A stretch of DNA of 63,235 nt, filler included, from Dugesia japonica (taxonomy: Eukaryota), in NCBI GenBank assembly GCA_001938525.1. It is 5 parts of 5 records of this genome, joined end to end, with 100 filler letters (N's around TTAATTAATTAA, not from the genome) between each part and the next. Parts side by side here need not be neighbours in the genome. Positions count along the whole stretch, not along the records: positions 1 to 18,379 come from MQRL01647402.1; 4 more parts are not named here. One strand, written 5' to 3'. A model generated the notes under the pieces. The model was not told where the DNA came from, ran no database searches, and worked only from the letters and a program-made list of their open reading frames with translations. Numbering within the stretch: position 1 is the stretch's first letter; each line of letters starts with the position of its first letter. This document shows, one piece after another, positions 1 to 14,399 of the stretch. Made by a program: the position numbers and the translations under genes.

Positions 1-156
1 AGTGATTCAGAATATATTTTGATATCTAATAAATATTTATAATAGATTGGTGTTGTATCTTAACCTAACAATAAGTATTAATAATAAACATGATAATAAT
101 AATAATAACAAGAAATAATTTGTGAAAATTAGAATAGAAAAATATCCGACAATTAC

Positions 157-279
157 CGGTAGGTGGAACGAAGGCAAACAGAACTTTCCAGAATAAAGTT
201 AAGAAATGCATAACATAATCCACACATGATGGTAATTTCTCTTCTGATAAATCTTCACAATCATCTCCTCCATTTTCAC
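157..279 (-). CDS. NCX: Internal exon of a Na+/Ca2+ exchanger (NCX/SLC8 family)
   Basis: Encodes GENGGDDCEDLSEEKLPSCVDYVMHFLTLFWKVLFAFVPPT, matching the hallmark NCX motif EEKLPSCFDYVMHFLTVFWKVLFAFVPPT. Flanked on the minus strand by a ttttcag acceptor and a gtaatt donor; 123 bp, phase 1-1. Confidence 0.93.
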
Positions 280-938
280 CTGAAAAATGAAAGAAATAAT
301 TACAATATAAAATAATTACAATCATTTCAATTCTACAATAAAAATAAACCTTTCCAATTTCAATTCTACAACTATACTACATTATAATATTTCATTTTGA
401 CTTTAAATGTTTGAAAAGTTTTTATTGAAATTTATTGAAAATTATGTAAAAATAAAAAACTATTCATTATTTATCAAAATTTTGTTATTAGTTAATAATT
501 TTAATTTTATTCTATTAATAAAATTTTTATTTTAAAATTTTATTTTAAAATTTTACATGTATAAATTTATTCATTTGTAGTATACTAATATGATTTTATT
601 TGTAATTTTATTTGAAATTTGTTTATTTAGCTTTTAAACCTTTTGACAAAACCCTTCGATAAGAAAATTGTTTTAGTAATTTTGTCTATTTAAAATTTTT
701 AGTCAAATCCAGTAAACATGATGAAAAGATAAAAATAAATTAAATTTATATTCTTTAATAACCAATGAAATCAGTATCGAGCAGACTTAAAGTCCTAAGC
801 TTCTCTCAAAATTTTAATATTAACCTTTCTTTTCTCATTTTATTATGATAAATAATCAAATGTGTTTTGATTCTGAAATGTATTCAAAGCTTTAGAAACT
901 ATTTCTTTATACAAATGAAACCAAATATAATTAAAATA

Positions 939-1150
939 CATTTAATATAAAATCTTCGATCAAAATTTGTTTTTTTGGTTTTTTATAATAATTCTATATT
1001 TCGACTTTGTCAGGAATTGACTTTTTGACTAAAAGTTATTTGAAATTATTTTGACTAAAAAATTAATTCATGGGGAAGGCAAAGTCGAAATATAGAATGA
1101 TTATCAAAATCCAAAAAAACAAATTTTGATCGAAGCTTTTATTTTAAATG
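939..1150. repeat. MITE-like inverted repeat with ~70-bp arms, part of a dispersed repeat family
   Basis: 939-1009 and 1080-1150 are near-perfect reverse complements. Related copies lie at ~1503-1620 and ~41650-41810. Confidence 0.75.
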
Positions 1151-2110
1151 AATTCTGAAAAACGATAAATGGTTATTCCAATAATTATTCTCGCAATAAT
1201 TGCAATTGTAAAATAATTAAAATACTTTATTATTATTACATGTGTATGGTAAGTTATATATGATTAGTGATTTTTATTTCAAATGGGAAAAAAGTATCAA
1301 AAATCTTCAATAACAATTGCAAACTTAGCAGTTATTTGGATTAAAATTCAGATTTTAATTAAAAATAATACAAAAATTAAAAATTCTGGAGTAGTTATTA
1401 AAATTTAATTTCTAAAGTTTTCAGTTTGGCTGTTTTAAATAACTCGAATATATCACCAAAAGACCTTTGAAAACGTTTGACTAGTTTAATAATTTCAATA
1501 AATTAAAAGCTTCGATCAAAATATTGTTTTTATTTTTTAATTAAAATTTTATATTTTTTAGTTCTTAATAGTTTTTCAAATTTTCGATTTTGTTTTCGTC
1601 AGGAATTGACTTTTTGATTTATTTAATATTTATTGTTAAAATAGAAATATGTTTTGGAATTAATTTATTTTATTGAATTTTAATTGGTTAACTTATTTAA
1701 TTATTATAAATTACATTGATTTTAGGTTTATCTTTTTTAATTACTAATTCTTCATGTTTTTTCCTGTGAAGTGTGGAAATGAAGTGTGTTCCTAGTGTTC
1801 TCTATGTTATATGATATTTTTCTGGTGAAATTTTATGTTTGTGTTGAAAATGTTTGAAGACTTCACTTTCTTTCTGTTTGAGATATTCTTTAATTCTTGT
1901 TCGGATTGTTCCTCATGTTTCTCATATATATGTACACTTACATATGGTGCATGTTATTTTAGAAGTGACATTTTTCTTATTGCATATTTTTTCTGCCATC
2001 ACAAATGCGTTTGGGACAACAAAAGCTTAGTCCTACTTTAATTATACTTAAATTTTCAAGATTGTTGATGTAGTTGTGATACTTCAATTCTATCAATCTA
2101 ATAACTTTAT

Positions 2111-3034
2111 TATAGGATTGGAACGAAAGTCTTGTCCGATAGAAAATAATATTTATTTAACCAATAAAGACAACATGTAAATTGAGAAATACAAAAAAAA
2201 CATCATTCGTCCGTGGATCTGAAATGCTGAAAATAGTCTCCTTTAAGATCCACACACTTTTGCCAGCGTTCTGGAAGTTGTTTTATGCCGTTAGCATAGA
2301 ATTCTGCAGGTTTTGAAGCGAACCAGTTTTCCAAATCACCGTTAACTTCTTCAGCAGAGTGATAAGTTTTCCCACGAAGTGAGTTTTTCATAGGAAAAAA
2401 CAGGAAAGGTCTGGGGAGTATGGTAGATGTGGCAATACCGTAAAACCGATCTCAGCAAGCTTACTTGGAGTTAATCGTACCGTGTGCAGTCAAGCGTTGT
2501 CCTGGAGAAAATGGAAATTTTTTAAACTGTTTCGCCGCAGCCAACGTCTCTTTTGTCGAATCGCATCTAAGAGTTTGTCCAAATGAGTTCAGTAAATTTC
2601 TGCGTTTATGTTTTTTCCTTGAAGAAGTACATCACACAGGAGAATTCCTTTCACGTCTAAAAAAAATAGTTGCAAGGTTCTTTTGTGCTGTCAAAGATCG
2701 ACGAATTGATGTTGTTGGTTGATCAACGGCACCGTACCAAGATCGGTCGTGATAAGACCAATTGGCATTGTCCCAATATACCCACACCTCATCCACCGTT
2801 ATGAGTTGGGATAGAATGTCGTTCCGTTGGTGTATAGCCAACAATTCACCACAAATTCTTTCCATGTTGGCTTTATTTTCATCTGACAAAAAATGTGGCA
2901 ACCATCTGTTTACCAAGTATTGCTTTTCCATTTTGTGCAAGAGTCGGAGTATTGTTGTGTGAGACGACGACAGCTCTTCTGCAATATTACGAGATGTAGT
3001 CTTTATCGGACAAGACTTTCGTTCCAATCCTATA
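2111..3034 (-). mobile_element. Internally deleted mariner transposon with perfect TIRs and TA target duplication
   Basis: tataggattggaacgaaagtcttgtccgata (2111-2141) is the exact reverse complement of 3004-3034. Transposase motifs WLPHFL, ITVDEVWVY, FLQDNA, YSPDL and GIKQLPERWQKCV are present with frameshifts and stops. Confidence 0.95.
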
Positions 3035-4399
3035 TGTTATAAATTTCAATTTTTTTGCACATCTTATTCAACATTACCGTCACACAAAATCAGCTAACTC
3101 ATTTGAATACAAACAATTTTGCTACAATCAATTAACAAAATTTTTAAAAGCAACTTATTAAACCACTAAAATCTAAAATATTTTAATGAAATTTTTCACA
3201 ATAGAATAAATTGGAAAATAAATAAAAATTCTAAAACATTTTTTTCTTTCTAAACGTTTATTGAAAATAAATTCTATAATTATTTTTTCTAAAATCTTCC
3301 ATAGATAAGCTATAAACAAATATTATTTAAGACAATTTCAAAGGCTTTAATCATGCTAATTGTAAGAAATAAAAACAAGTTCAAAAACATTTGTTTTTCA
3401 AATNNNNNNNNNNNNNNNNNNNNNNNNNNNNNNNNNNNNNNNNNNNNNNNNNNNNNNNNNNNNNNNNNNNNNNNNNNNNNNNNNNNNNNNNNNNNNNNNN
3501 NGAATCGGAATTAACATCGAAGTGAAGTAGGTAATCCCTTAGGCTGAAAATCAGAAAGGGGTGCATAAATGTAGTCTTTATAATAATAAAGCATTTTTAT
3601 ATTATAGGCTTTCCAATTTCTAATTGAATATTTCTAATTTATTATGAAAACTTTTCAATTAAATATAGAATTATTTTAATTATAATTATACTATGAAGAA
3701 AAAAAATATTAGATGATGATAAAAGAACAATTATATCAAAATTAACGATAATAAATTTTTAGGATTTTTAAAGATAAAAATACTACCAGACATAATAAAA
3801 ATACAATCAAAACGGCTTAATACCATACAAACGAAATAAGAAATTAATTTGAAATTATTTTAAGAAAATGATGTTAAGTCGGTTAGATGATAATCCTTGT
3901 GTGACCTTGGAATTAATTCAAAATATTTGAATAATCTCTATTAGTCTCTCAAAAGATTAGTCCCATATTTTAGAATATGTTGAGAAAAGATATGTACGTA
4001 CTGAGTTTTCAAAATATCTTATCGGAAATAAATGATGAAAATATTTTCTTTTGTGAATTTGTCAAAAAATGAAGACCATTAGCTGAATACAATCTTATAT
4101 TATATTAACAAAGCTTCTTCAACTGAATAAAATTTCAAATTTATAAACATTTAGAATTAATACTCTTTATACTTTGAAAATCTAAAATAATTATAATTTC
4201 TATGATACACGAACTCTATAAATGCTATGTGTTAAAATTGAAATCGTGTTCACACATACTAACCTTCTTGATCTAAATAAGAAATAATATAAATAAAAAC
4301 TCGCTTTATAAAAAACAATGGAAAAATATTATTATAACAAAAAATTAATAAAATATAAAAATAATTACTATCAATAATACTTTTATTATAATTTTAATA

Positions 4400-4495
4400 A
4401 TATCAATCAATATCAAATCAATATCAAATCAATATCAAATCAATATCAAATCAATATCAAATCAATATCAAATCAATATCAAATCAGTATCAATA
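4400..4495. repeat. 11-bp tandem repeat (aatatcaaatc) x ~7
   Basis: Read directly from the sequence. Confidence 0.9.
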
Positions 4496-7469
4496 TTATT
4501 ATTATTAATATTATTTGATGAGAAATTATTTTTTTTATTGTATTTTGTTAAATGCATGTATATAAAAGAATAATAATACCAATGAAATTCAAGAAAATAT
4601 TATTTCTATAAAAATTAGATCACATTTGGTTTAAATTGTTTTAATATTACTTAATCAAAAACATGGTTTCATTTGAAATTCTTAAAGTTAATTTTTGGAT
4701 TAATTTCAACATTGATTGAATTTATTAAAACTTTCTTGGTTTTCGATTACTTTTAATTCAAATCAAGTAATAGGTACATTGCATGTTAATTTTGGTCGTT
4801 TCAAATTTAATTTCAAACAAATTTTTTTTATATTCCTTTAAAATATTCCAAGATATCCAGGATAATTGATTGGATTTAACAAATAGTTTTAGACATTATG
4901 TAAAACGAAATAAAATTTCTGTAAACATATAGATAAATGGGTGCAAATAAATCCATTCAGTCATAAATCCATACATACTGAATTTGAAAATCATATAGGG
5001 ACATGAAATTGATCAATTATTTCCAATCAATCATTTTGAGCCGATTATATTAATTTAAATAAAAAAGAAATTTATTAAATTTGACTTTTAATTTGACTAT
5101 TATATAAATTAATAAAATATATATAATACAAATAAATTTACTTTTTTTCCCCAACAACCCAATAATAAGTTGAATACTAACATTTATTAAAAATTGATTA
5201 TTTTTTGTACCAATGAATTAATTTGCTCAGAACAATAATTTTTAATCTTAAAAATAATAAATTAAATTTAAAGTAAACTTTTTTGTTAAAATTAAAATTT
5301 TCAACTAAAAAAATCTAATCAAAAAATGAAATTGTAAAATTTAATTCATTATTTTATTTTTTTTATTATTTTATTTTATTATTTATTATATTTTATCAAT
5401 TTGTTTTCATTATTTTCCATATTATGTGTAAAAATGTTCAATCATGAAATCAAAAACATCTAAATTAGATAATGAAAACAAGAGATTTCTAGTCTGCTAT
5501 ACATACTTATTTTTGATGAAGTTTAGCGGAAATTAATAAAATTATTACTGATTCAAAATTAGTTTTCAGCATGATATATATTGATTATTAAATGATAAAT
5601 TTCCTTTCCAGTTATTTTATAAAATAAGTGTGAAGAAAAAGTATTTTCTAAAAATATTATTGCAGTGTTCAATTTGTACAGATTGTGTAGGAGAATAATT
5701 GAAGAATAATTAAACATGATCTTCAAGTGTGAATTGTTTAAGGAAAAACGATTTTAAATTACATAAATAACTTTATAAAATAAAAAGCCATTGCTTTAAT
5801 ATTGTGCTTTTTTAAGGTAAAAATAATTGAGTGTTATTTAACATGTTTGCTGCCAACTACGAATTAACGCGAATGTCAAATTTAGATTTTTTGCGCCAGC
5901 TACGATTTATGTTGGTAAAACGTTATTTTCTTTATCTATGCTAAATACAAATAAATTCGTAGTATACTCATGTTCATTACAGGTATCTGACTACGGTTTA
6001 ACTTGTATAATCAATAAATCAATTGAAATCTATCTGGATTCAATAACTTACCAATAAATACTAGTATATGTTTTGTAGTTTTTTATAACAATCAGTTAAA
6101 TAAAATTATTTGGCGTGTTTGACCAGTTTTGTAAAATATCGATTGATGGCGGCCGTGTTAAAACTTTTGTGAATTCACATTAGAAATTGAAACAATTTTA
6201 TTTAATTACAATTTTTATAATTGTTTTTACTGTAATTCTTGTAATAACTTTTGTAAAAAAATTTAATATATGATTTTTTAATAAAATTGTGTAGTTAATC
6301 TATTTAAGAACAGTGTAGTTAATTTCGTTATTTAAACAAGAGTTAATTTGTTTTTGTATAATGTAAAATAAATCTGAAGATATTAATTTATAATTAAAAA
6401 CATCTAACATGGACAATAAGACCCTAAAGGATTTATGATTTTTTCATTTCTCAAAGATTTAAAGAAATTCAAAATAATTTAAAATAAAATTTTATTTTTA
6501 TATATTTCAACGTATCACCGTTCATCATCAGACAGAAATGAAAAAATGAGTTTATTCAGTCCATATTATTAAAGAAAAATTCAAGCAATTATACTGAATA
6601 TACGATTGCTATGATCATAATTCTTAATTTTTTAAATTTAAAAAATTTTTCTAAAAAAAATTATTTTATATTCTAATAAAGTTTTTTCTATAATAATATT
6701 TTTTTAAATTTACAATTTTGAAAATAATGAGACCTATTCAAAAAATATCCATAAAACGATTCAATACTAGATTGAATTTTAAATTTATCAGATTTTCTTT
6801 TAATGCTATGTTCTTGTCTAAATTTTAATAAAACTGAATAGCAAATAGTTATAAATTTTTAAAAAATGCTTAAGCGATCATTTTTTCATCAATTTTTGGA
6901 ATAATCACATATAAATAAGAATTCCTAAAAAAATTGAAAAAAAAAGTACAAACACTTTGTAAACTGTTTTTACTTTTCGAAACAAAACTAGAAGTTCTCC
7001 AACAGAAAAAAACTTGCAAACACATTTTTAAAATTCAAAAATGGATAAAACACGAAATAGTATTTTTCCACTCAAAACAAAATTGTATTCAAACGTGAAA
7101 AGTGGGTTACATTGGATTATTTAAAACCAACAATCAACAATGAATAAAAATTTCTATTCCATTCTTAGTGTAGTTAAGTTGTTCTAGCATGCGTTGTTAT
7201 CTCATGGATAAAAAATGAAATTAGTATTTCAATATCGCGTGAAAATAACAGTAGACCTTTTTTCTGTTTCATGAAATATCATCATTAATAATCTACTGGG
7301 GGTATTATTTTAAAAATTTCCCTTAAAATAAAATGTAACTGATCATTGTTCAAATTAATAAAATTCATTAATTATTAAATTTTTAAATGAAATATTTAAA
7401 TTGAAGAAAATTTTTTTTAAATCATTAAAAAATTTTTTACCATAGAGTTACATAATGGCTAAATTCGTA

Positions 7470-8245
7470 GCTGACAAAGAATATATCTGGCACTGTGTTC
7501 GAATTGAATATCATTGTGGTTATAATGCAACACGAGTTGCCAAAAAGATTTGTATAATTTATGAAAATGGCATTAGCGACAGAAAAGCTGTAAATTGATT
7601 TAAACGGTTCCGGGTAGCTAACACATCTTTTAAGATCATCCATGTTCGTGAAATTTCATTGGAAAATAGTGCTCTACAAAAATTGGTTAAAGAAAATCCG
7701 AAGCTGACTCTTGAAGAAATGAAAATTACTCTTGAAATTAGTAAGTCAACTGTTCAACCCCATCTTCATTTGATTGATAAAATCTGGAGAAATATTGTTT
7801 GGCTGCCTCATGAAATGCGTCTCTCCATTTTTAATTCATTAACTTATATAATCTATAATATACAATTTTCACATGAACTTGAATCGAACACATCAATGGT
7901 TTTCACTGGGTCAAATACCAATATCTACCTTAAAACTAAAGTTGCACCCGAAGAAGGCCATATTGTTTATATGGTAAGAGTAACGTACAATAATTAATTT
8001 AGAAAGGTTAAAGAAGTGTGAAACCACTAATGCAGAAATTTGTTGAGAACAAATAGGTAATTTGGCAGTCGTTTTCAAAGTTGAGCGGCCAGTATTAGTC
8101 AACACAGTAAAAATGATATTTCATCAAGACAATTCCAAACCACATGCAGCAAAGAAGACTTTGCAAAAGTTACAAAACTTGAAATGAAATCTCATTTCAC
8201 GTGCCTCATATTTCCACGATTATGCACCACCTGACTATATTTCCT
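7470..8245 (+). mobile_element. Degenerate mariner transposase relic
   Basis: HTH region LVKENPKLTLEEM...SKSTV..HL, WLPHE, a KLHPKK-like segment, FHQDNSKPH and APPDY; many stops and frameshifts. Confidence 0.8.
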
Positions 8246-8753
8246 CTACCGGTAAATTTGGCATTTTTTACGTTACTGTTGACCGTTCAAAATATTTATC
8301 ATTTTCATGGTAATACGGTAATTGTGCAAAAGAGAAAACCAACAAAGAAACTAAACACTCCAACAATGACAAGTGTGTTTGATGCAAGTCTAATGTTTTT
8401 TTATTTAAACTTAAAATACTCTATTTTATTTTCTTTTTGGTGAGAGTTGTTTAGTTAATTACAATTTTCAAATTTTTCTGTTTCTGGCTGATTTTTACAG
8501 TGAGAAGTTGAGAATTTGTGTGTGAATAATATATTATAATTTGTAATCTATAGAAACATACTATAATTCGTAAGTAATATAAGATTTATAATTATTATTA
8601 TTAGCAAGAAAAACGCTATCTGCATCCAAAATTTATTTATGACAAAGTTTCTTTAAATTTAAAAAACTGAACTAGAATAGTTTTAATATTCAAACAAATA
8701 TACGCAATAATTATTTTAATTATTTTCTTGAAATATTTTAAATTTCAAAAACT

Positions 8754-11700
8754 TTATAAATATTTAATTGCGCATATAAATTTGAAATCAAACAATTCAA
8801 ATATCATTATCACGTACCCCTTCTTTAAGAAATCTTCGGATCTTTTCAACATTTTTTCCATTGTAAGACCCAGATCATCTCGAATCAGATATCCTCGGAC
8901 ATGTTTCCTTTTTACTACTAAGAATGAATCTACAAAACGATCCTGATCCTTATTTCTTGTTTCCTCCTCGATAAGCACTGCATCTCCAATATCGAATGTT
9001 CTCCTGATTGAGAACGTAACCTTCGGTATATTGTCTACCTTCTCCTACACTAGTTGTCTAAGTGAAAACCATCTTTCTCTAGTGATTTTTCTACCAAACA
9101 CCATTTCTGCCGGGCTTTTATCTGTTATTTTCTGAACTGTCCCATTCATCACAAATTCAATCTCTGGTAGAATTTCTGCTCAATTCTTAGCATTTCTGTC
9201 TGCTATTGATGCCCCAATACAATCTCTGCTAGTCCGAAATTGCCTTTCTAACTGTCTATTCATATGAAGGACTATTCTATAAGGACTTAAGAAAAATTGT
9301 TTAATATTCATCTCATCGGCAAATTTCTTCATTCTTTGTGATTAAAATACCTTACCACAATCTGTATGTATATATCCCGGAGCTCCTACCTTTAATATCC
9401 AGTTATCTTTTAATACACGAGTTATTGACTCTTCATCTTGTTTTGCTGTTGCTGTCAATGATATATATTTACTATTCTGATCGATAATAGCCACGATATA
9501 TTTCTTTTTTTTGAAAGTTTCTGGCCATGGTCCTATATATCAATATATATTCTCTCAAACGGCTTCACCAACTCGGATTTTATAGTTTCTTCTTTAGTTT
9601 GAGTTGTTACCACCTTCACACGCTGACATGCTTCGCATCTGTCCACGATTTCCTTTACACTTCCCCACAACCTAGTCCTGTCATAATGTTCTCTAATATA
9701 ATTGGTAACTTTTTTGTTCACGCGTGTGCTAGAAATTGATGCATTTCTCTAATCATATCCGATTTTCTATCTGTTGGTATCCAAATCTTTCCGTTTTGTG
9801 TTAATATCTGACCATCTATCCATTAGAATCTCTCTTCCTTACCATCTTTGATCTGCTATCGTATTATTCGTATCTCTTCATTATCTCTTTGCCATTTTGA
9901 TGTTTCCGTTATTGTATTTAATCGTCTCGTTTTTAATTTGCCCCCTATAGGATTTTTGTGTGACATCAAACATTGTACACATGTACCACATACCTGCCTT
10001 GAGAGAAAATCCGTATTACCAATTTTGTCACCTTTCCGATACTGTAAATCAATGTCTAATCCACTTAGGTAATTGATCCAATTTTGAAACTGTGCCGTTA
10101 TAGGTTTCTTCGTAGTTAACATAAACAAAATCTCTTTATGGTCTGTTCGTAGAGTGAATCTTCGCCCATATAAGTAGTGACTAAAATGATTGCAAAAATA
10201 GAATATCGCCAGGAACTCCTTTCTTGTTATACAATACCCTAATTCGTGGTTATTCATTGCGTGTGATCCATACGCTATCACCCTTTCTTGACCATTGTTG
10301 TCAATTTGTGATAATACGGCACCAATAGTATTGTAACTTGCATCTGTATCCAGTATGAATTCTCTTCTGACATCCGGAAACACTAAAATTGGTGGCTTTG
10401 TTAACGCCTCTTTCATATCTCTGAATGATTGTTCGCAGCTTTGCGTAATTCTTTATGAATCTTCTGTAATAGCAACATATTTCCAAGAAACTCCTCAATC
10501 CTTTCACGCATTTTGGCCTTTCTATGTCTGTATTGGATCGGTCTGAACTCTTTTATCACTTGTGATGTGTCCCAAAAATTTGATCTCTTTTCTTAGCAAT
10601 TGACATTTTAACGGACTCAAACGTAGTCCTGCTTGATGTATTTTACTAAATACTTCATCCAGTGTTTTGTATTCCTCTTCCAAGTTTTCTGAATATATTA
10701 GAATATCTTCTAAAAACACCGTTGTTCCCTTTGTTGTACCTAAAACCTTTGTCATGAGTTCCTGGTATGTCCCAGGCGCTGCAGCTATGTCAAACGGCAC
10801 TCTATTGAAGCAGTATTGACCTGACTTTGTTGAAAAGGCTGTTTTATCTTTTGACTCCTCTTCTAGCTCAACTTGATAGTAAGCATTACCTAAATCTAAT
10901 GAGCTGAAGAATTTGGACTCGCCTAACCTATCCAGAATCTCTTATACATTTGGCATTGGAAATGCTTGTCTTTTTGTAATAGCGTTGAGCTGTCGAAAAT
11001 TGAGACAGAGACGAATGTCTTTCTTTTCTTTTTTCCAGATACATATGCACCTTCGTATTTTTTTCCAAAAAGATTACGTACTCCTTCGTTTATCTTATCC
11101 TCTAGGTTCATAGGTGTTCTCTATGGATTAAAATTTATAGGTCCTCCTTTTGTTACAGTTTTATGCATCCTATGTCCTATTTATCTGCCATAAAGATATT
11201 TCAATGTTTTCTTATCAACTCCTTGATCGTGCTATTTTCCAATGTATTTATCTCACTCAAAGCTTTTTGACATCTTTCTTCATCTGTAATAATCATTCCA
11301 AAATGCGGTGTGATATTGCAAATCCGATCTTGATTATCTTTTTCTGCAATATCTATCTAATCTAGTTCTAATCCAAAACTGGACTGCAACTCAATGCCAC
11401 CAATAATGCTAGGGATTACCTTTTCCACAACTATGAAATTAACCCATCTAGTCATATTGCCGATCCTCACTTCTACCTCAAATCTCCCTTTGGTACTTAA
11501 TGAACTGTCGTTAGCTCACCGTAGTTTGTCCTTGGTTGTTAGTAACGGGATATCCTTGAATTTGTTAAACACATTCATACCCATCACATTAATTCTTGCT
11601 CCGCTATCCAGTAAGCATTCAAACTCCATGTTTTGGATGTTTATCTCAATACGTGGTCTACCCTGCATTATATCATATCTAATCACACCTTTTCCTCATT

Positions 11701-12245
11701 CTTTCACTGTTGCGATTGTTGGTTCCACTGATGTTTCTCCCTTGATTACTGATATCTCTTTCTTTAAAAAATTATAAAAGCGTTCCTTGACATCATCCTC
11801 TATATTATTGATATTACTACTTTTACTATAACTATCGATATTTTGGGGATCACCCATTAGATTTTGAGTTCTAGAGCTCCTACCATCTCCCCTGTTGGAG
11901 GAGCCTCTCCGTTTGGGTTTTGCCTTGATTCATATCCGTTTGCGTCATATCTGTTGTTACCATATGTAACGTCTTCATATCTGTCGTCCTTATATTCCTT
12001 GTTACTTGTTTTATCATTTTCCACTGCATTGATGTTAACATGCCTACCCGGAAATGGGGGCTTTTTTACCTCGTATTTCTTATATTCCGAAGGATATTCG
12101 TTCCATCTCTTGTACCATATCTTTGTGAAACAGTCTTCGGTTTTATGACCGTTCTTGTTGCATTTTATCTTGTTCCACTGTCTTCTTATATGCCCTGTAT
12201 TTCCACATGCGTAGCATATATGAAGCTTTCTGTCTGGGCACTCCC
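8754..12245 (-). mobile_element. Ty3/Gypsy LTR retrotransposon internal region (gag knuckle-PR-RT-RNaseH-IN), decayed
   Basis: Knuckle CYACGNTGH (~12200), protease LLDSGA (~11600), RT FSSLDLGNAYYQV and MPF.IAAAPGTYQ, RNase H FILDTDAS...RTDHK, integrase C-terminus, and a purine-rich PPT-like tract near 8820. Confidence 0.92.
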
Positions 12246-12249
12246 GACT

Positions 12250-13619
12250 TATAGAAGATATTGTAATATTATTTTGTATGATGACGATAAAAATTAAAAT
12301 CTTGGAAAATGAGATGCGAAATAAATTCAGGAAATAATAATAAACCGATTAAATGAGTTCAACGTAGACTTTGACCATCAAATTTTATGTTCAATCAACG
12401 ATGGTGCGGCAGTTATGCGAAAATATAATAAAGAAAGTCCAGTTGAACCAGTATTATGCTTAAACCATGAACTACATTTATCAGTAATAAAGTTTTTCTA
12501 CCAAAAAGATGTTGATGTTGATGAAGCTGATCAGAGTTTAATTGAACATGTGGAAAACATTATTTTGGAAGAGGAATATGACAGTGACGCTGACATTGAT
12601 GATGGTGAGTCGATTGAACCAGATGATAATATGATAATTCAGAATATAAGCAAGACAATTGAAAATGATGTATATAACCATTCAATATTTTTATTCAGCT
12701 GCAACACTTACGCAGCATCGCTAAATATTTTCGATTATCATCACTGAAAAATGATTTTTTGCAAGAGAAGATAAAAACCGTTGGAACTCTATCGATCAAA
12801 TGATAGAAAGATATTTACAAGTAAAAGAAGAAGTAAAAGAAGCCTTAGAATATTTTAATTCTATACATTTGTTAGCCAAAATAGACGAAAAATATTTGAT
12901 AATCCTTCAAAGAAATTTTACAGCTGGTTCGGATTGCTGCAGAAGCCTTAGCAAGAAATGATACTACACTATTTACCGTGGAAAATGTAATTGAATTGTC
13001 ATGTTCAACTTTGGCAAAAAATAGCAATTCACAAATATTCTCTAAAGTTTTAGTTTGTTTGAAGACAGAAATTAATAAAAGACGAAATATAAAATTGTTG
13101 TCTCTTGTACAGTACATGCTTCATCCAAAATATTTAATGAAACGAAATGTTCACTTTGATTACTGTTCAAAGTTATCGACAGTGACATTTGGAAAAAAAT
13201 TAATTGAAAGATTATTCAAATCAGATGAACAAGCAGAATCAAATTCAGAAGAAGATGACGTGACCAAACCTTGAAATATTGATTTGAAATCTCAATTTCT
13301 AAAAGCTATATCAACAGCTATGGATTCAATTTCCAGCAAACCAGTAGGCTTTTCATCATCAGTCCAGAAAGAGTTTTTATTTTTTGAAGTGTCCGCGGAA
13401 AAGAGTTATAATTGCACATTATTGTTCAATGCACTGAAAACCGCAAAGCCAACATCTACAGACAATGAAGGAACATTCTCCATAGCGAGCCAAGTTTGCA
13501 CTAAGATAAGAACTAGGCTATCAGATGAAAATTTGCACATTATCGTTTTCCTTAAATACTTCTTTTTAAAACAAAGATTAAGATTAACAGACTGCTGTTG
13601 GATTAATTTTAAAAACTAA
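12250..13619 (+). mobile_element. hAT DNA transposase relic
   Basis: NDGAAVM (DDE core), CLNHELHL (CxxH), RWNS-like motif at ~12780 and the C-terminal dimerisation motif KPTSTDNEGTFS...RTRLSDENL. Confidence 0.85.
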
Positions 13620-13714
13620 TAATTTAAAAATGAAATTTTTACAATATGAAATATTTACAATTTGAATTTTTGTATTTGTTTTTTTTGTATGAATTTCTTT
13701 ATTTGTTAATTTTC

Positions 13715-13925
13715 GAGGAACTATACACCTGACTATTATTTGTTTCAATCATTATCCACTTTTTTGTCAGGAAAATCATTCTCGAACATATAGTCTATAA
13801 AATCGGAACTTAAAAAGTTTTTTGCTGAAAAACCTTCATTATTTTACGATGAGAGTATTCAAAATTTGTTGGAAAGATGACGAATGGTTGTGCAATAAGT
13901 TGGAAATTACATAATTGATTAACTG
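13715..13925 (+). mobile_element. Mariner transposase 3' fragment
   Basis: TPDYYLFQSLSTFLSGKSF...FFAEKP..FYDESIQNLLER*RMVV..GNYIID*. Confidence 0.8.
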
Positions 13926-14399
13926 TTGTTATCTCTAATAAATATACATTTTCATTTTTATATTTTTCATAAATTTTTAAATAATACTATAAATAGTTTG
14001 AACTGCCACAGCCTAATGAAAGGACTAAAGCATATGTAAGTTGTCAACAACTTATTCATTTCATTTCAATATTGACTTAAAAGATGTCTGGTATTAGCAA
14101 ATATCAAAGAAATCGCTTGCAGTCATAATATTACTCTAAATATGACAAAATACTGCAAAATTAAAGGCTTTTACTTCTTAAGTTTCTGGATTTTCAAAAA
14201 ATTTTATTAAAAAATAAAACTTCAAATACTAATTAGAAAGTGTCACAATGACTTAAACATAGATAAAATTTTAAGACCAAAAGTAGAATCATAATTTTTT
14301 GATAATGATAGAAAATCCGTAATTAATTCGATAACAAAATGAATAACATACATAAGGCCTACTGGGATATTTATTGAGTTAGTAAGTAACCCACATTAT

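Noticed and set aside
3780-4100. Tc1/IS630-like HTH relic (LDDNPCVTLELIQ)
   Set aside because: Too degraded; no catalytic motif or TIR could be confirmed.
11394-12148. Plus-strand ORFs of 127 and 94 aa
   Set aside because: They are antisense shadows of the Gypsy gag/protease region.
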